64,000 nt of DNA from Candidatus Nomurabacteria bacterium (GTDB lineage Bacteria > Patescibacteriota > Saccharimonadia > Saccharimonadales > VXPC01): the NCBI GenBank assembly GCA_020631905.1, contig JACKGQ010000001.1, forward strand, positions 165,854 through 229,853, given 5' to 3'. The notes beneath the pieces are model-generated. The model worked only from the letters and a program-made list of their open reading frames with translations. It ran no database searches and was not told where the DNA came from. Made by a program: the position numbers and the translations under genes. Shown one piece after another: positions 43,176-50,577 of this stretch. Positions within the stretch are counted from its first letter, which is position 1. The number at the start of each line of letters is the position of its first letter.

Positions 43176-44027
43176 ATGCTAAGTAACCCATCTAAAAAAA
43201 TACAAGCAATATTGCCAAGCCTGGTGATTCTTGTGTCGGTATTTTCTGGTTATGTTGGTTTTGGGATGGCAAAAGTGTCTGCCGAGATAAAAAATCCTTC
43301 GGTATGCCGTAATTCGGGAGGAGAGTGGCTAACAGTTGATGGTGGAACTTGTGCTTGCCCCTACGGTGAGAACACCGCTGGTACTGCCTGTAACTCGCAG
43401 CCCCGAAACGATGCCGACTGCAAAAGAATCGATTCAGAGGCGTCCATAAGCCTTACGGATGTTGGTGCCTTGTGCGTTTGCCCGAGTGGATTTTTCTTCG
43501 ACTCTGTAGACGGCTGCGTCACCCAAGCACAGATCGACTGTGAGAGCTCTGGCGGAGCAATGAGTGGCTCCGAGTGTGTATGCACCGGTAGTCGCGAATA
43601 CAATAGTTCTACCGGTAAATGTGAGATTCCTAGCGTCGACAACTCTGCATATGTGGCTGGCCCTTGCGAAGTAGCCGGATCTTTTTTGGGTATCCCTACC
43701 TGGTATCGTGGCCTAAGTGTCGATACGGCGAATAACTGCGAGATAGTCTTAGATACCGACAAGCTTTCGAACACCGATATCAGTCGAACATCTGTTAACC
43801 CGCTGATTATTGTGGCTTTTAATGTGATCGATGCCCTGTCGCGAGTAGTTGGTATTCTGGCCGTAGCGTTTGTGATTGTTGGTGGGTTTAAATATGTAAT
43901 CAGCGACGGCGCTCCTGACCGCGCCAATAACGCCCGCAAGACTATTACTAACTCACTGATTGGTGCGGTTATCGCGGGGGTATCCTCAATATTAATAACT
44001 GTTGCCGTAAAGGTGTTAGGAGCATAG
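43176..44027 (+). CDS. T4SS pilin paralog with Cys-rich N-terminal head domain
   Basis: 283 aa. CRNSGGEWLTVDGGTCACPYGENTAGTAC is paralogous to the upstream gene. Pilin core GGFKYVISDGAPDRANNARKTITNSLIGAVIAGV. Confidence 0.7.
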   Translation: MLSNPSKKIQAILPSLVILVSVFSGYVGFGMAKVSAEIKNPSVCRNSGGEWLTVDGGTCACPYGENTAGTACNSQPRNDADCKRIDSEASISLTDVGALCVCPSGFFFDSVDGCVTQAQIDCESSGGAMSGSECVCTGSREYNSSTGKCEIPSVDNSAYVAGPCEVAGSFLGIPTWYRGLSVDTANNCEIVLDTDKLSNTDISRTSVNPLIIVAFNVIDALSRVVGILAVAFVIVGGFKYVISDGAPDRANNARKTITNSLIGAVIAGVSSILITVAVKVLGA

Positions 44028-44564
44028 ATGGACCTACTCGCAAAAATTATTGACAAGCCGGTTGGGCTGCCAGCGGTTCTACCTGACGATTCGACTCTAA
44101 AGGGTGTGTTGACCCTGACATTTGGTGTGCTCGGAGGCTTAAGCTTACTGATGATTACCCTGCAGGGTCTGCGCTATACCCTGTCCGATGGCGACCCCCA
44201 AAAAACCAAACAGGCCAAGAATGGTATCGTCTACGCACTGGCCGGGATTGTGATTGCTCTGCTTGGTACTTCGATAGTGCAGTTTACGCTTGGCAATATC
44301 TTTACTGGTCTTCAGGCCGACGAAACTACACTTGTTGGTACGTCAAGTTTATTTGTGCGAGTAGCTTCGCTAATTTCTTTTGCAACCGGCATCGCCTCGG
44401 TAATTATGATTGTGGTTGCTGGTATAAAATATAATTTGTCGAACGGCGACCCCCAGAAAACCGCTAGCGCTAAGAATACAATTATCTATGCGCTTACAGG
44501 CGTGGTTATATCGGGGATCGCTGCCCCAATAATAATATTCGTAGTTAATAAAGTCGCTGGTTAA
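44028..44564 (+). CDS. Tandem double T4SS pilin domain protein
   Basis: 178 aa with two pilin cores: LQGLRYTLSDGDPQKTKQAKNGIVYALAGIVIAL and AGIKYNLSNGDPQKTASAKNTIIYALTGVVISG. Confidence 0.7.
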   Translation: MDLLAKIIDKPVGLPAVLPDDSTLKGVLTLTFGVLGGLSLLMITLQGLRYTLSDGDPQKTKQAKNGIVYALAGIVIALLGTSIVQFTLGNIFTGLQADETTLVGTSSLFVRVASLISFATGIASVIMIVVAGIKYNLSNGDPQKTASAKNTIIYALTGVVISGIAAPIIIFVVNKVAG

Positions 44565-44576
44565 GGAGGAACAAAA

Positions 44577-44960
44577 ATGATCACAATAATAAAACGTAGC
44601 TTGCTAATCTTCGGGCTACTCGGTATGGCCCTGACTCTAGTTGCGGCGGCTGGACCTGACCGAACTTTTGCCGATGAGCAAACAGATGCGGTAATCGGTG
44701 GCGCTAGTCAGGTGCCCGGCCAAGGCGGAGGCACAAAACTTACGAGTGTTGTTAAGAATCTGCTCACGGTACTCTCGTGGGTGGCTGGAGTGATTTCGGT
44801 AATCATGATGGTAGTCTCGGGTATTCAGATTAGCGTTGCTAATGGTGATGCCAGTAAGGTTGGCCGCGCCCGCAACAGCATAATCTACGCCGTTGTTGGA
44901 TTGGTTGTAGTTATTTTGGCGCAGACGATCGTCCGATTTGCCCTCAACAACATTACCTAA
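44577..44960 (+). CDS. T4SS pilin (TrbC/VirB2-type)
   Basis: 127 aa. Signal peptide and core SGIQISVANGDASKVGRARNSIIYAVVGLVVVIL. Confidence 0.75.
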   Translation: MITIIKRSLLIFGLLGMALTLVAAAGPDRTFADEQTDAVIGGASQVPGQGGGTKLTSVVKNLLTVLSWVAGVISVIMMVVSGIQISVANGDASKVGRARNSIIYAVVGLVVVILAQTIVRFALNNIT

Positions 44961-45023
44961 AGCTTGCGATTTAGACTTCTATGGTATATAAATTAAGCAT
45001 AAGATGAAAAAAGGATAAAATAT

Positions 45024-45455
45024 ATGATTCAAAAAATTAAACTATCATTAATCGCATTTGTGGCCATGGCTTTGCCAATGGTACCTGCTGTGGTCAGTGC
45101 TGCTACAACCAACACGACTGGTGACAGTTCGAATGCCGCCTGTGCAGGCGCAAATCTAGACGCCAGTGCACTCGATGGTACTGGTGGTGCGACTTGTGAT
45201 GCATCAACAACCGAAGATACATCCATCAATAACTTGGTCCGAAGCGTGATCACAATCTTTTCTTGGGTTGTAGGTGTAGTGTCGGTTATCATGATTATTA
45301 TCGCCGGCTTCAAGTATGTAGTATCTGGTGGTGATAGTGGCGGTGTATCTGGCGCTAAAAACACGATCATCTACGCGATTGTTGGACTCGTGGTTGTGCT
45401 ACTAGCTCAGATTATTGTTCGATTCGTTGTCAACAATGTAAATACTGCCGGTTAA
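45024..45455 (+). CDS. T4SS pilin (TrbC/VirB2-type)
   Basis: 143 aa. Signal peptide and core AGFKYVVSGGDSGGVSGAKNTIIYAIVGLVVVLL. Confidence 0.75.
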   Translation: MIQKIKLSLIAFVAMALPMVPAVVSAATTNTTGDSSNAACAGANLDASALDGTGGATCDASTTEDTSINNLVRSVITIFSWVVGVVSVIMIIIAGFKYVVSGGDSGGVSGAKNTIIYAIVGLVVVLLAQIIVRFVVNNVNTAG

Positions 45456-45472
45456 GCTTTAGACTCCAATTT

Positions 45473-45501
45473 AAAAAGCCTCCCACATGGGAGGCTTTTT
45501 T
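45473..45501. terminator. Bidirectional intrinsic terminator between the pilin array and hsp20
   Basis: AAAAAGCCTCCC-ACAT-GGGAGGCTTTTTT: an 8-bp GC-rich stem flanked by an A-run and a T-run, lying between convergent genes. Confidence 0.85.
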
Positions 45502-45516
45502 GGCTGTCTAAATCTA

Positions 45517-45990
45517 CTATTCAATGGCAATCTTTTTGACTGTGTCTTGTTGGACCTTGGTGAAGTTAACTGTCAAGACTCCGTCTTTAAGTACGGCCTG
45601 AATCTCATCTTCTTTGACTGGTGCTGGTAGTGTGATGCTGCGGGCAAACTCACCCCAATAGCATTCTTGCACAAAATAGTTTTCGACGTCTTCCTCTACC
45701 CCAGCGCTCAACGAGCCTCGGATGGTTAGGGTATTGTCGGCAATACTAACATCCAAATCTTCTTTGTTTACGCCAGCGACTCGGCATTTTACGACTAGCT
45801 TTTCGCGAGTCTCGTAGACATCTAAGGCTAGTTGCCCTGGCAGCTCAGCGGCTTCTTCGGTGTCGTCTGCCCAATCGTCGGCAGGTGCTTGAGCGGCCAT
45901 TTGGTCCTCGACTGCACCAAAATCGTCATCTCCCAAAAATGCTGCGGTTAGTTCATCTTCTACAAACATATCATCGTCTTTTTTTGCCAC
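45517..45990 (-). CDS. Hsp20/alpha-crystallin family small heat-shock protein
   Basis: Alpha-crystallin domain LALDVYETREKLVVKCRVAGVNKEDLDVSI...LTIRG...FARSITLPAPV...AVLKDGVLTVNF. Start set at GTG 45990, preceded by GGAGGG. A TTGCTT-17-TATAAT promoter lies upstream. The track ORF extends to 46095. Confidence 0.8.
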   Translation of the reverse strand: MAKKDDDMFVEDELTAAFLGDDDFGAVEDQMAAQAPADDWADDTEEAAELPGQLALDVYETREKLVVKCRVAGVNKEDLDVSIADNTLTIRGSLSAGVEEDVENYFVQECYWGEFARSITLPAPVKEDEIQAVLKDGVLTVNFTKVQQDTVKKIAIE

Positions 45991-46151
45991 TTTATCCCTC
46001 CAGAAATTATTAATCAACGACAAAGCTTCCTGTTTTGAAAGCGTGAGAGTTTTTGTGTTTAAGGTATTATATCTGGAGTGAACACCAATAAGCAACTCCC
46101 GGCAACATTCTTACAACACTTTGATTACAACAACCCTGCTGTGAGGTTACG

Positions 46152-46817
46152 ATGTTAGACCTATACGACAGGCTAATGTCGTTATTTGCACCACACTCTT
46201 GCCTTGCTTGCGGTCTGGAGCCGGATCTACTCTGTGCTACTTGTCGCCAAGATATGTCGACAGTCCCGCCGGCCTGCATAGTTTGTGGCTCGCTCGAATC
46301 TGGTAGTCTGACCTGTAGCTCCTGTAAACGAGTGCAAAAATGCGATGCAGTGTATGTTAGCTACCCTTACAACAAGCTCGCTCAACAGATTGTGCACACG
46401 GCTAAGTTTAATCGAGCCGTAGCTGCCCATAGGCTGCTGGCCGAGCTTCTAGACGAAACCCTGCCCGCCCATATGCCTGACTTTGTAGTTACAAATGTTC
46501 CAACGGTTTATCGACACGTACGACAAAGGGGTTTCGACCACACCGAACGCATCGCTAAACACCTAGCCGAGATGCGTAAACTGCCCTTCCAGCGACTGCT
46601 AGAGCGCAAATCTAACCTTGTTCAAGTTGGTAGCGCTCGACAAGATAGACTCGAGCAGATGAAAGGTGCTTTTCGGTTTGCAGTAAAAACAACTCCCAGT
46701 AAAGTGCTCATAATTGACGATGTTAAAACTACTGGTGCGAGCCTTTCGGAGTGCGCTCGTGAGCTCAAGCGAGCAGGTGTAGAGCATGTCTACGCAGCTG
46801 TTTTTGCAAAAGCTTAA
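46152..46817 (+). CDS. comFC: ComF family protein (phosphoribosyltransferase domain, ComFC-like)
   Basis: 221 aa. N-terminal Cys4 zinc-finger pattern CLACG...CATC / CIVCG...CSSC and a C-terminal PRTase motif VLIIDDVKTTGASL. Confidence 0.8.
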   Translation: MLDLYDRLMSLFAPHSCLACGLEPDLLCATCRQDMSTVPPACIVCGSLESGSLTCSSCKRVQKCDAVYVSYPYNKLAQQIVHTAKFNRAVAAHRLLAELLDETLPAHMPDFVVTNVPTVYRHVRQRGFDHTERIAKHLAEMRKLPFQRLLERKSNLVQVGSARQDRLEQMKGAFRFAVKTTPSKVLIIDDVKTTGASLSECARELKRAGVEHVYAAVFAKA

Positions 46818-46989
46818 GTGGGAGATGGATTATATCTTCAGGCGTAAACTCTATATTTTTAGACGGCGTTCTCGGCTTTAAAATATATTCTCGCTAACCG
46901 CTCGAATATCCGCACCACTCGCGAGGGGGTTCTTATCCACAGCTTTCTTTTGCCATAAATAAAACCCACCAAATGGTTGGCATTATTTA

Positions 46990-47007
46990 TGGCGGAGAGA
47001 GAGGGAT
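46990..47007 (-). repeat. Orphan copy of the tRNA-Ser(GCU) 3' end (18 nt)
   Basis: TGGCGGAGAGAGAGGGAT is identical to 47155-47172 (the 3' acceptor/T-arm of the intact tRNA), 148 nt downstream of it on the reverse strand. Confidence 0.85.
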
Positions 47008-47154
47008 AAGCGCTAGTATGGTAAAAGATACTTTTACCATACGCTATATTCTGTCAAATCAATAGATTGTGACATAATTCTGAACTCTACAGGCTCGCAT
47101 CCTTTTTCTTCACGAGAAGAAAAACAACCAGGATAAACCTGGTTGCTCTTCTCC

Positions 47155-47247
47155 TGGCGGAGAGAGAGGGATTCGAACCCTCGCGCCAACTTTCGCCGAC
47201 CTACAGCTTTAGCAAAGCCGCCCCTTCAGCCACTTGGGTACCTCTCC
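47155..47247 (-). tRNA. tRNA-Ser (anticodon GCU), CCA encoded
   Basis: Reverse strand GGAGAGGTACCCAAGTGGCTGAAGGGGCGGCTTTGCTAAAGCTG-long variable arm-GCGAGGGTTCGAATCCCTCTCTCTCCGCCA. Cloverleaf with anticodon loop TT-GCT-AA. Confidence 0.9.
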
Positions 47248-47394
47248 TCGTCGGCGTGTGAAGGCAATCTTGCCGAACCACCGACGAGAATGAATCTCTT
47301 CGGCACTTCTAGCAAGCTTACCTAGTCGCCTCCTCTCAAATCCTTAAACAGAAAACAAGTTTTCTTGGTTTAATGATTTGGGCTGTATTTGAAC

Positions 47395-47419
47395 TGGTGT
47401 ACCCGGCAGGATTTGAACC
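47395..47419 (-). repeat. Orphan copy of the tRNA-Arg 3' end (25 nt)
   Basis: TGGTGTACCCGGCAGGATTTGAACC is identical to 47547-47571. The sequence after it lacks a matching 5' acceptor strand, so it is not a complete tRNA. Confidence 0.85.
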
Positions 47420-47546
47420 CGAGGAGACCCAGAGGGTCTGTGAGTTCATCATAGACGCGCGGTGCTTCTAGCAGCGGAGTCCATCCGTCTGGAATACTAA
47501 CCTTATTGTAAAACGCTGAGGTTCAATCTCTCAACTTATTTTATAC

Positions 47547-47623
47547 TGGTGTACCCGGCAGGATTTGAACCTGCGGCCTCTGGTACCGCAAACCAACGCT
47601 CTATCCAGCTGAGCTACGGGTAC
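47547..47623 (-). tRNA. tRNA-Arg (anticodon GCG as read), CCA encoded
   Basis: Reverse strand GTACCCGTAGCTCAGCTGGATAGAGCGTTGGTTTGCGGTACCAGAGGCCGCAGGTTCAAATCCTGCCGGGTACACCA. Arg-type D-loop (AGCTGGATA). Anticodon loop TT-GCG-GT. Confidence 0.85.
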
Positions 47624-47709
47624 TTACTCGCGGTGTGATGGTCGGTAAACCAACCATGCCTGCTCATTTACCCACAAAAGCTGCTTTTGCGGGGACCCCA
47701 TTAATAGTT

Positions 47710-47737
47710 TTAATGGTAAAGAACAGGGGTGATTTTA
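47710..47737. repeat. Left arm of inverted repeat flanking gene 47762-48232
   Basis: TTAATGGTAAAGAACAGGGGTGATTTTA. The 20-nt core AAAGAACAGGGGTGATTTTA (47718-47737) is the perfect reverse complement of 48275-48294. Confidence 0.9.
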
Positions 47738-47761
47738 GCACCTTATAGGTTAATATTCAAT

Positions 47762-48232
47762 CTAGAACTTAAGTCGAGACATAAGCTTGTCGACACCAGA
47801 CAGCTCACTTTTTTCATAAGGAACGAAGTTTCCGATAAAATCGACGATTTTATCACCCTGATCAGGTGGAAAATATAAGCTAACCGGGACGGCAAAACGT
47901 TTATTGGGCTTAAGGTAAAGGGCCTCGATATTGCCTTCAACTACTACCGAAAAAGATCGAAATGCGGTATAGGCGTAGCTATTCTTGCCTATCTGGATGC
48001 CGTTTGCATCTATAGAATATTCTTCTTCTTTTGGCTTAACTCCAGCATAGATTGCGAGTATTACGGCAACCATACCAATCGAAACAGGTGTAATAAGGTC
48101 TCCAGTAAGTAAGTAGGCCCCGCAAGCAATCGCTGCCCCAAAGAGCACACAGCCCACGTACCACATAAATGTCTTTTGGTGTTCTACAAACTCCGACGCC
48201 GTCCAGCGTATCCCCTGTTGATTATCGCTCAC
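47762..48232 (-). CDS. Hypothetical two-TM membrane protein
   Basis: Start set at GTG 48232 (VSDNQQGIRWTASEF...), 7 nt after a TGTACAAT extended -10, so possibly leaderless. Two TM helices, then a soluble C-terminal domain. The track ORF extends to 48319. Confidence 0.6.
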   Translation of the reverse strand: MSDNQQGIRWTASEFVEHQKTFMWYVGCVLFGAAIACGAYLLTGDLITPVSIGMVAVILAIYAGVKPKEEEYSIDANGIQIGKNSYAYTAFRSFSVVVEGNIEALYLKPNKRFAVPVSLYFPPDQGDKIVDFIGNFVPYEKSELSGVDKLMSRLKF

Positions 48233-48274
48233 GCTTACATTGTACACTAGTTTGAAATAGTTGCCGCAAGCTGT

Positions 48275-48300
48275 TAAAATCACCCCTGTTCTTTTATTAA
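48275..48300. repeat. Right arm of inverted repeat flanking gene 47762-48232
   Basis: TAAAATCACCCCTGTTCTTTTATTAA, the reverse complement of the left arm apart from a 3-nt versus 1-nt gap next to the terminal TTAAT. Confidence 0.9.
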
Positions 48301-48335
48301 TCGCGAGTTGAGCAATCAAGCATACACACCTACAC

Positions 48336-48425
48336 GGAGAGGTGTCCGAGTGGTTTAAGGAACTGGTCTTGAAAACCAGCGTGCCGGCAACGGTACCGTG
48401 GGTTCAAATCCCACCCTCTCCGCCA
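48336..48425 (+). tRNA. tRNA-Ser (anticodon UGA), CCA encoded
   Basis: GGAGAGGTGTCCGAGTGGTTTAAGGAACTGGTCTTGAAAACCAG-long variable arm-CGTGGGTTCAAATCCCACCCTCTCCGCCA. Anticodon loop CT-TGA-AA. Confidence 0.9.
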
Positions 48426-48431
48426 AGAAAA

Positions 48432-48457
48432 ACGACCAAACCAATGGTCGTTTTTTT
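48432..48457 (+). terminator. Intrinsic terminator after tRNA-Ser(UGA)
   Basis: ACGACCA-AACCAA-TGGTCGT followed by a T run extending to T7. Confidence 0.8.
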
Positions 48458-48529
48458 GATGTGTGGAAACTCTGCCAAACCGGATTTTATCGGTCTTTAG
48501 GCATAACCGAGGCGTATAATAAAACCACA

Positions 48530-50299
48530 GTGAAACATAAATATCTAAGTTCGTTAATATGGATCTTAAAACTACAGTGGCGAACGTCGCGCCTTTTAAT
48601 AATCTGGAATACAATTTACAGCCTACTGATCGGTGTCCGACCGCTATTTACTGCTTATGTTTTAGCTAAATTGTTAGCAGGTGTCAGTCAGGCGGCACTT
48701 CAGGGTGCAAGCCCAAACCAAGTTTATTTTTGGCTGGCCATAACCTTGGCAGATGAATTAGTTTTTATGACGATCGCTAATCTTAATCGTTTAGCAAGCA
48801 CACGCTACGAACAGAAGATCGATTTAGTCTTAAACGAACAGTTTTTCCTAAAAATGTACGAACTGAGCCAGGAACAGTTTGACAATCAGGAGTTCAACAC
48901 CAAACTAGACCGAGCCAGGGATAGCCTAAATCAGGTTTGGAGAATACTCAACGAAGTATCCTGGACTACGTCGGCAATGATTGGTTTTGTGGGGTCAATG
49001 CTAGCTATCTTGTTGGTATCACCGGTTGTTGGGGTAATAATTCTCCTCACGGTTATACCTATTGCCATTTTACAGATCCGCCAGAATAAACAACGCGAAG
49101 AAGTGTATAAAAAAATTGAGCCAATTGACCGAGTGGCTTTTCGTAGCCGTTGGATGCTAATCGACCCAAACTATATGCCAGAAATTAGGCTGATGAACGC
49201 CTTCAAAAATATGATTAGTTCCTGGAAAGTCAATACCAAGAAATACCAAAGTGCGCTCTACGAAAACGATAAGAAAATTGCGAAATTCGATGCTGCAGTC
49301 GACTCTGTGCAGCCCATAATTAGCTTCGGGGCGAATATCTACTTCTTTAAATTATTGCTTGCCAACACCATTGGGCTAGATCGGTTCATGTTTTTACGCG
49401 GAATGTTGAGCCAGGCTAGCAGCGGGGCCATTCAAACTGCGAACTCGATTCAGCGGCTGCACCAGTTAACGATAAATCTTCATAACTTTAGTGAGGTTTA
49501 TGAGACTCTGCCGGCTATACCCGACGGGAACACTACTGTTAAGTCGCCTTTAACAGTTGAGTTTCGGCATGTCAGCTTTGCTTATCCGGGTAGTACAACC
49601 AAGGTTTTAGACGACGTATCTTTTTTAATAGTCCCCGGCAGCAAGCTAGCTGTAGTTGGAGAAAATGGAGCCGGTAAAAGCACTTTAATTAAACTGTTAT
49701 TACGGCAATATCTGCCGACGTCTGGCAGTATACATGTCAACGGCGTTGATATTCGCGAAGTCAAACTTAAGAGCTACTACGCGGCGATTAGTAATCTAAG
49801 CCAAGAGTTTCTGATGGTTCAGCACATGTCGGTCAGAGAGAACTTGGTTATGGGCTTAGATCGAGAACCCACAACTCAAGCAATTTATAAAACTACAGAT
49901 CTAGTAAACGCCACCGATTTCATCCAAAAACTGCCACACGGCTTAGATTCGCGGCTCGATCCCTCTTTCGACGACGGCACGAACCTGTCGGGCGGACAAA
50001 AACAGCGCCTAGGTGTGGCCCGTGCTTTGCTCCGCAACGGTGACATTATGATTCTAGACGAACCAACTAGCGCAATAGATGCCAAGGCAGAGTACGCCAT
50101 CTTTAACAACATTTATAAATCTCATGCCGACAAAACAACCCTTATTGTTAGCCACCGCTTTAGCACAGTTCGTAAAGCGGATAGTATTATTGTGATGGAA
50201 AATGGCAGAATTACCGAATACGGCTCGCACGACGAGCTACTCAAGCACGACGGTCTCTACAAAGAGATGTTCGAAGTTCAGGCCGAGGGCTACAAATAG
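48530..50299 (+). CDS. ABC transporter, fused permease/ATP-binding protein (MsbA/MdlB-like exporter)
   Basis: Six-TM N-terminal half. Walker A GENGAGKST, signature LSGGQKQR and Walker B ILDEPTSAID. The track ORF (from 48398) overlaps the tRNA and terminator. Start tentatively set at GTG 48530, just after a TATAAT at 48515-48520. Confidence 0.8.
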   Translation: MKHKYLSSLIWILKLQWRTSRLLIIWNTIYSLLIGVRPLFTAYVLAKLLAGVSQAALQGASPNQVYFWLAITLADELVFMTIANLNRLASTRYEQKIDLVLNEQFFLKMYELSQEQFDNQEFNTKLDRARDSLNQVWRILNEVSWTTSAMIGFVGSMLAILLVSPVVGVIILLTVIPIAILQIRQNKQREEVYKKIEPIDRVAFRSRWMLIDPNYMPEIRLMNAFKNMISSWKVNTKKYQSALYENDKKIAKFDAAVDSVQPIISFGANIYFFKLLLANTIGLDRFMFLRGMLSQASSGAIQTANSIQRLHQLTINLHNFSEVYETLPAIPDGNTTVKSPLTVEFRHVSFAYPGSTTKVLDDVSFLIVPGSKLAVVGENGAGKSTLIKLLLRQYLPTSGSIHVNGVDIREVKLKSYYAAISNLSQEFLMVQHMSVRENLVMGLDREPTTQAIYKTTDLVNATDFIQKLPHGLDSRLDPSFDDGTNLSGGQKQRLGVARALLRNGDIMILDEPTSAIDAKAEYAIFNNIYKSHADKTTLIVSHRFSTVRKADSIIVMENGRITEYGSHDELLKHDGLYKEMFEVQAEGYK

Positions 50300-50342
50300 G
50301 CGCCACCTCGACCAACAAGTAGTGAGTCTAGCTGCTAGCTAA

Positions 50343-50534
50343 TCAGCGCTTCTGTCCACCGCTACCAAGTAACTGCAATATTGCCGACAAAGCAGCGATA
50401 ATGCCAGAAACTGCGGCAACTTTTACGACTGCGTCTTTGGTAGATTCGTTACTAATAATTCCTAGCACCCACATAGCCAATAGTACGGCTGTAGCAATTG
50501 CAAAGAAGGCTGTGATAATCTTTAAATTTTTCAT
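50343..50534 (-). CDS. Small hypothetical two-TM membrane protein
   Basis: MKNLKIITAFFAIATAVLLAMWVLGII... with a second helix AAVSGIIAALSAILQLL. No homology recognised. Confidence 0.45.
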   Translation of the reverse strand: MKNLKIITAFFAIATAVLLAMWVLGIISNESTKDAVVKVAAVSGIIAALSAILQLLGSGGQKR

Positions 50535-50577
50535 ACTTATAGTATACACCGCTTTGGTACGCGCAGTGACAAGTCGG

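Noticed and set aside
43361-44056. 231-aa reverse-strand ORF overlapping two pilin genes
   Set aside because: It lies entirely antisense to ORFs with clear pilin motifs and paralogs. It has no start context and low-complexity content. It is a shadow ORF.
47143-47325. 60-aa ORF over tRNA-Ser(GCU), and the 94-aa ORF 48330-48614 over tRNA-Ser(UGA)
   Set aside because: Both overlap well-formed tRNA genes and terminators, so they are spurious.
47250-47546. Possible tmRNA or an extra tRNA, suggested by a second TTCAAATCC...ACCA end
   Set aside because: No matching 5' acceptor strand, D-arm or anticodon arm can be formed. There is no tag-peptide ORF or tmRNA pseudoknot pattern. It is better explained as a duplicated tRNA-Arg 3' end.
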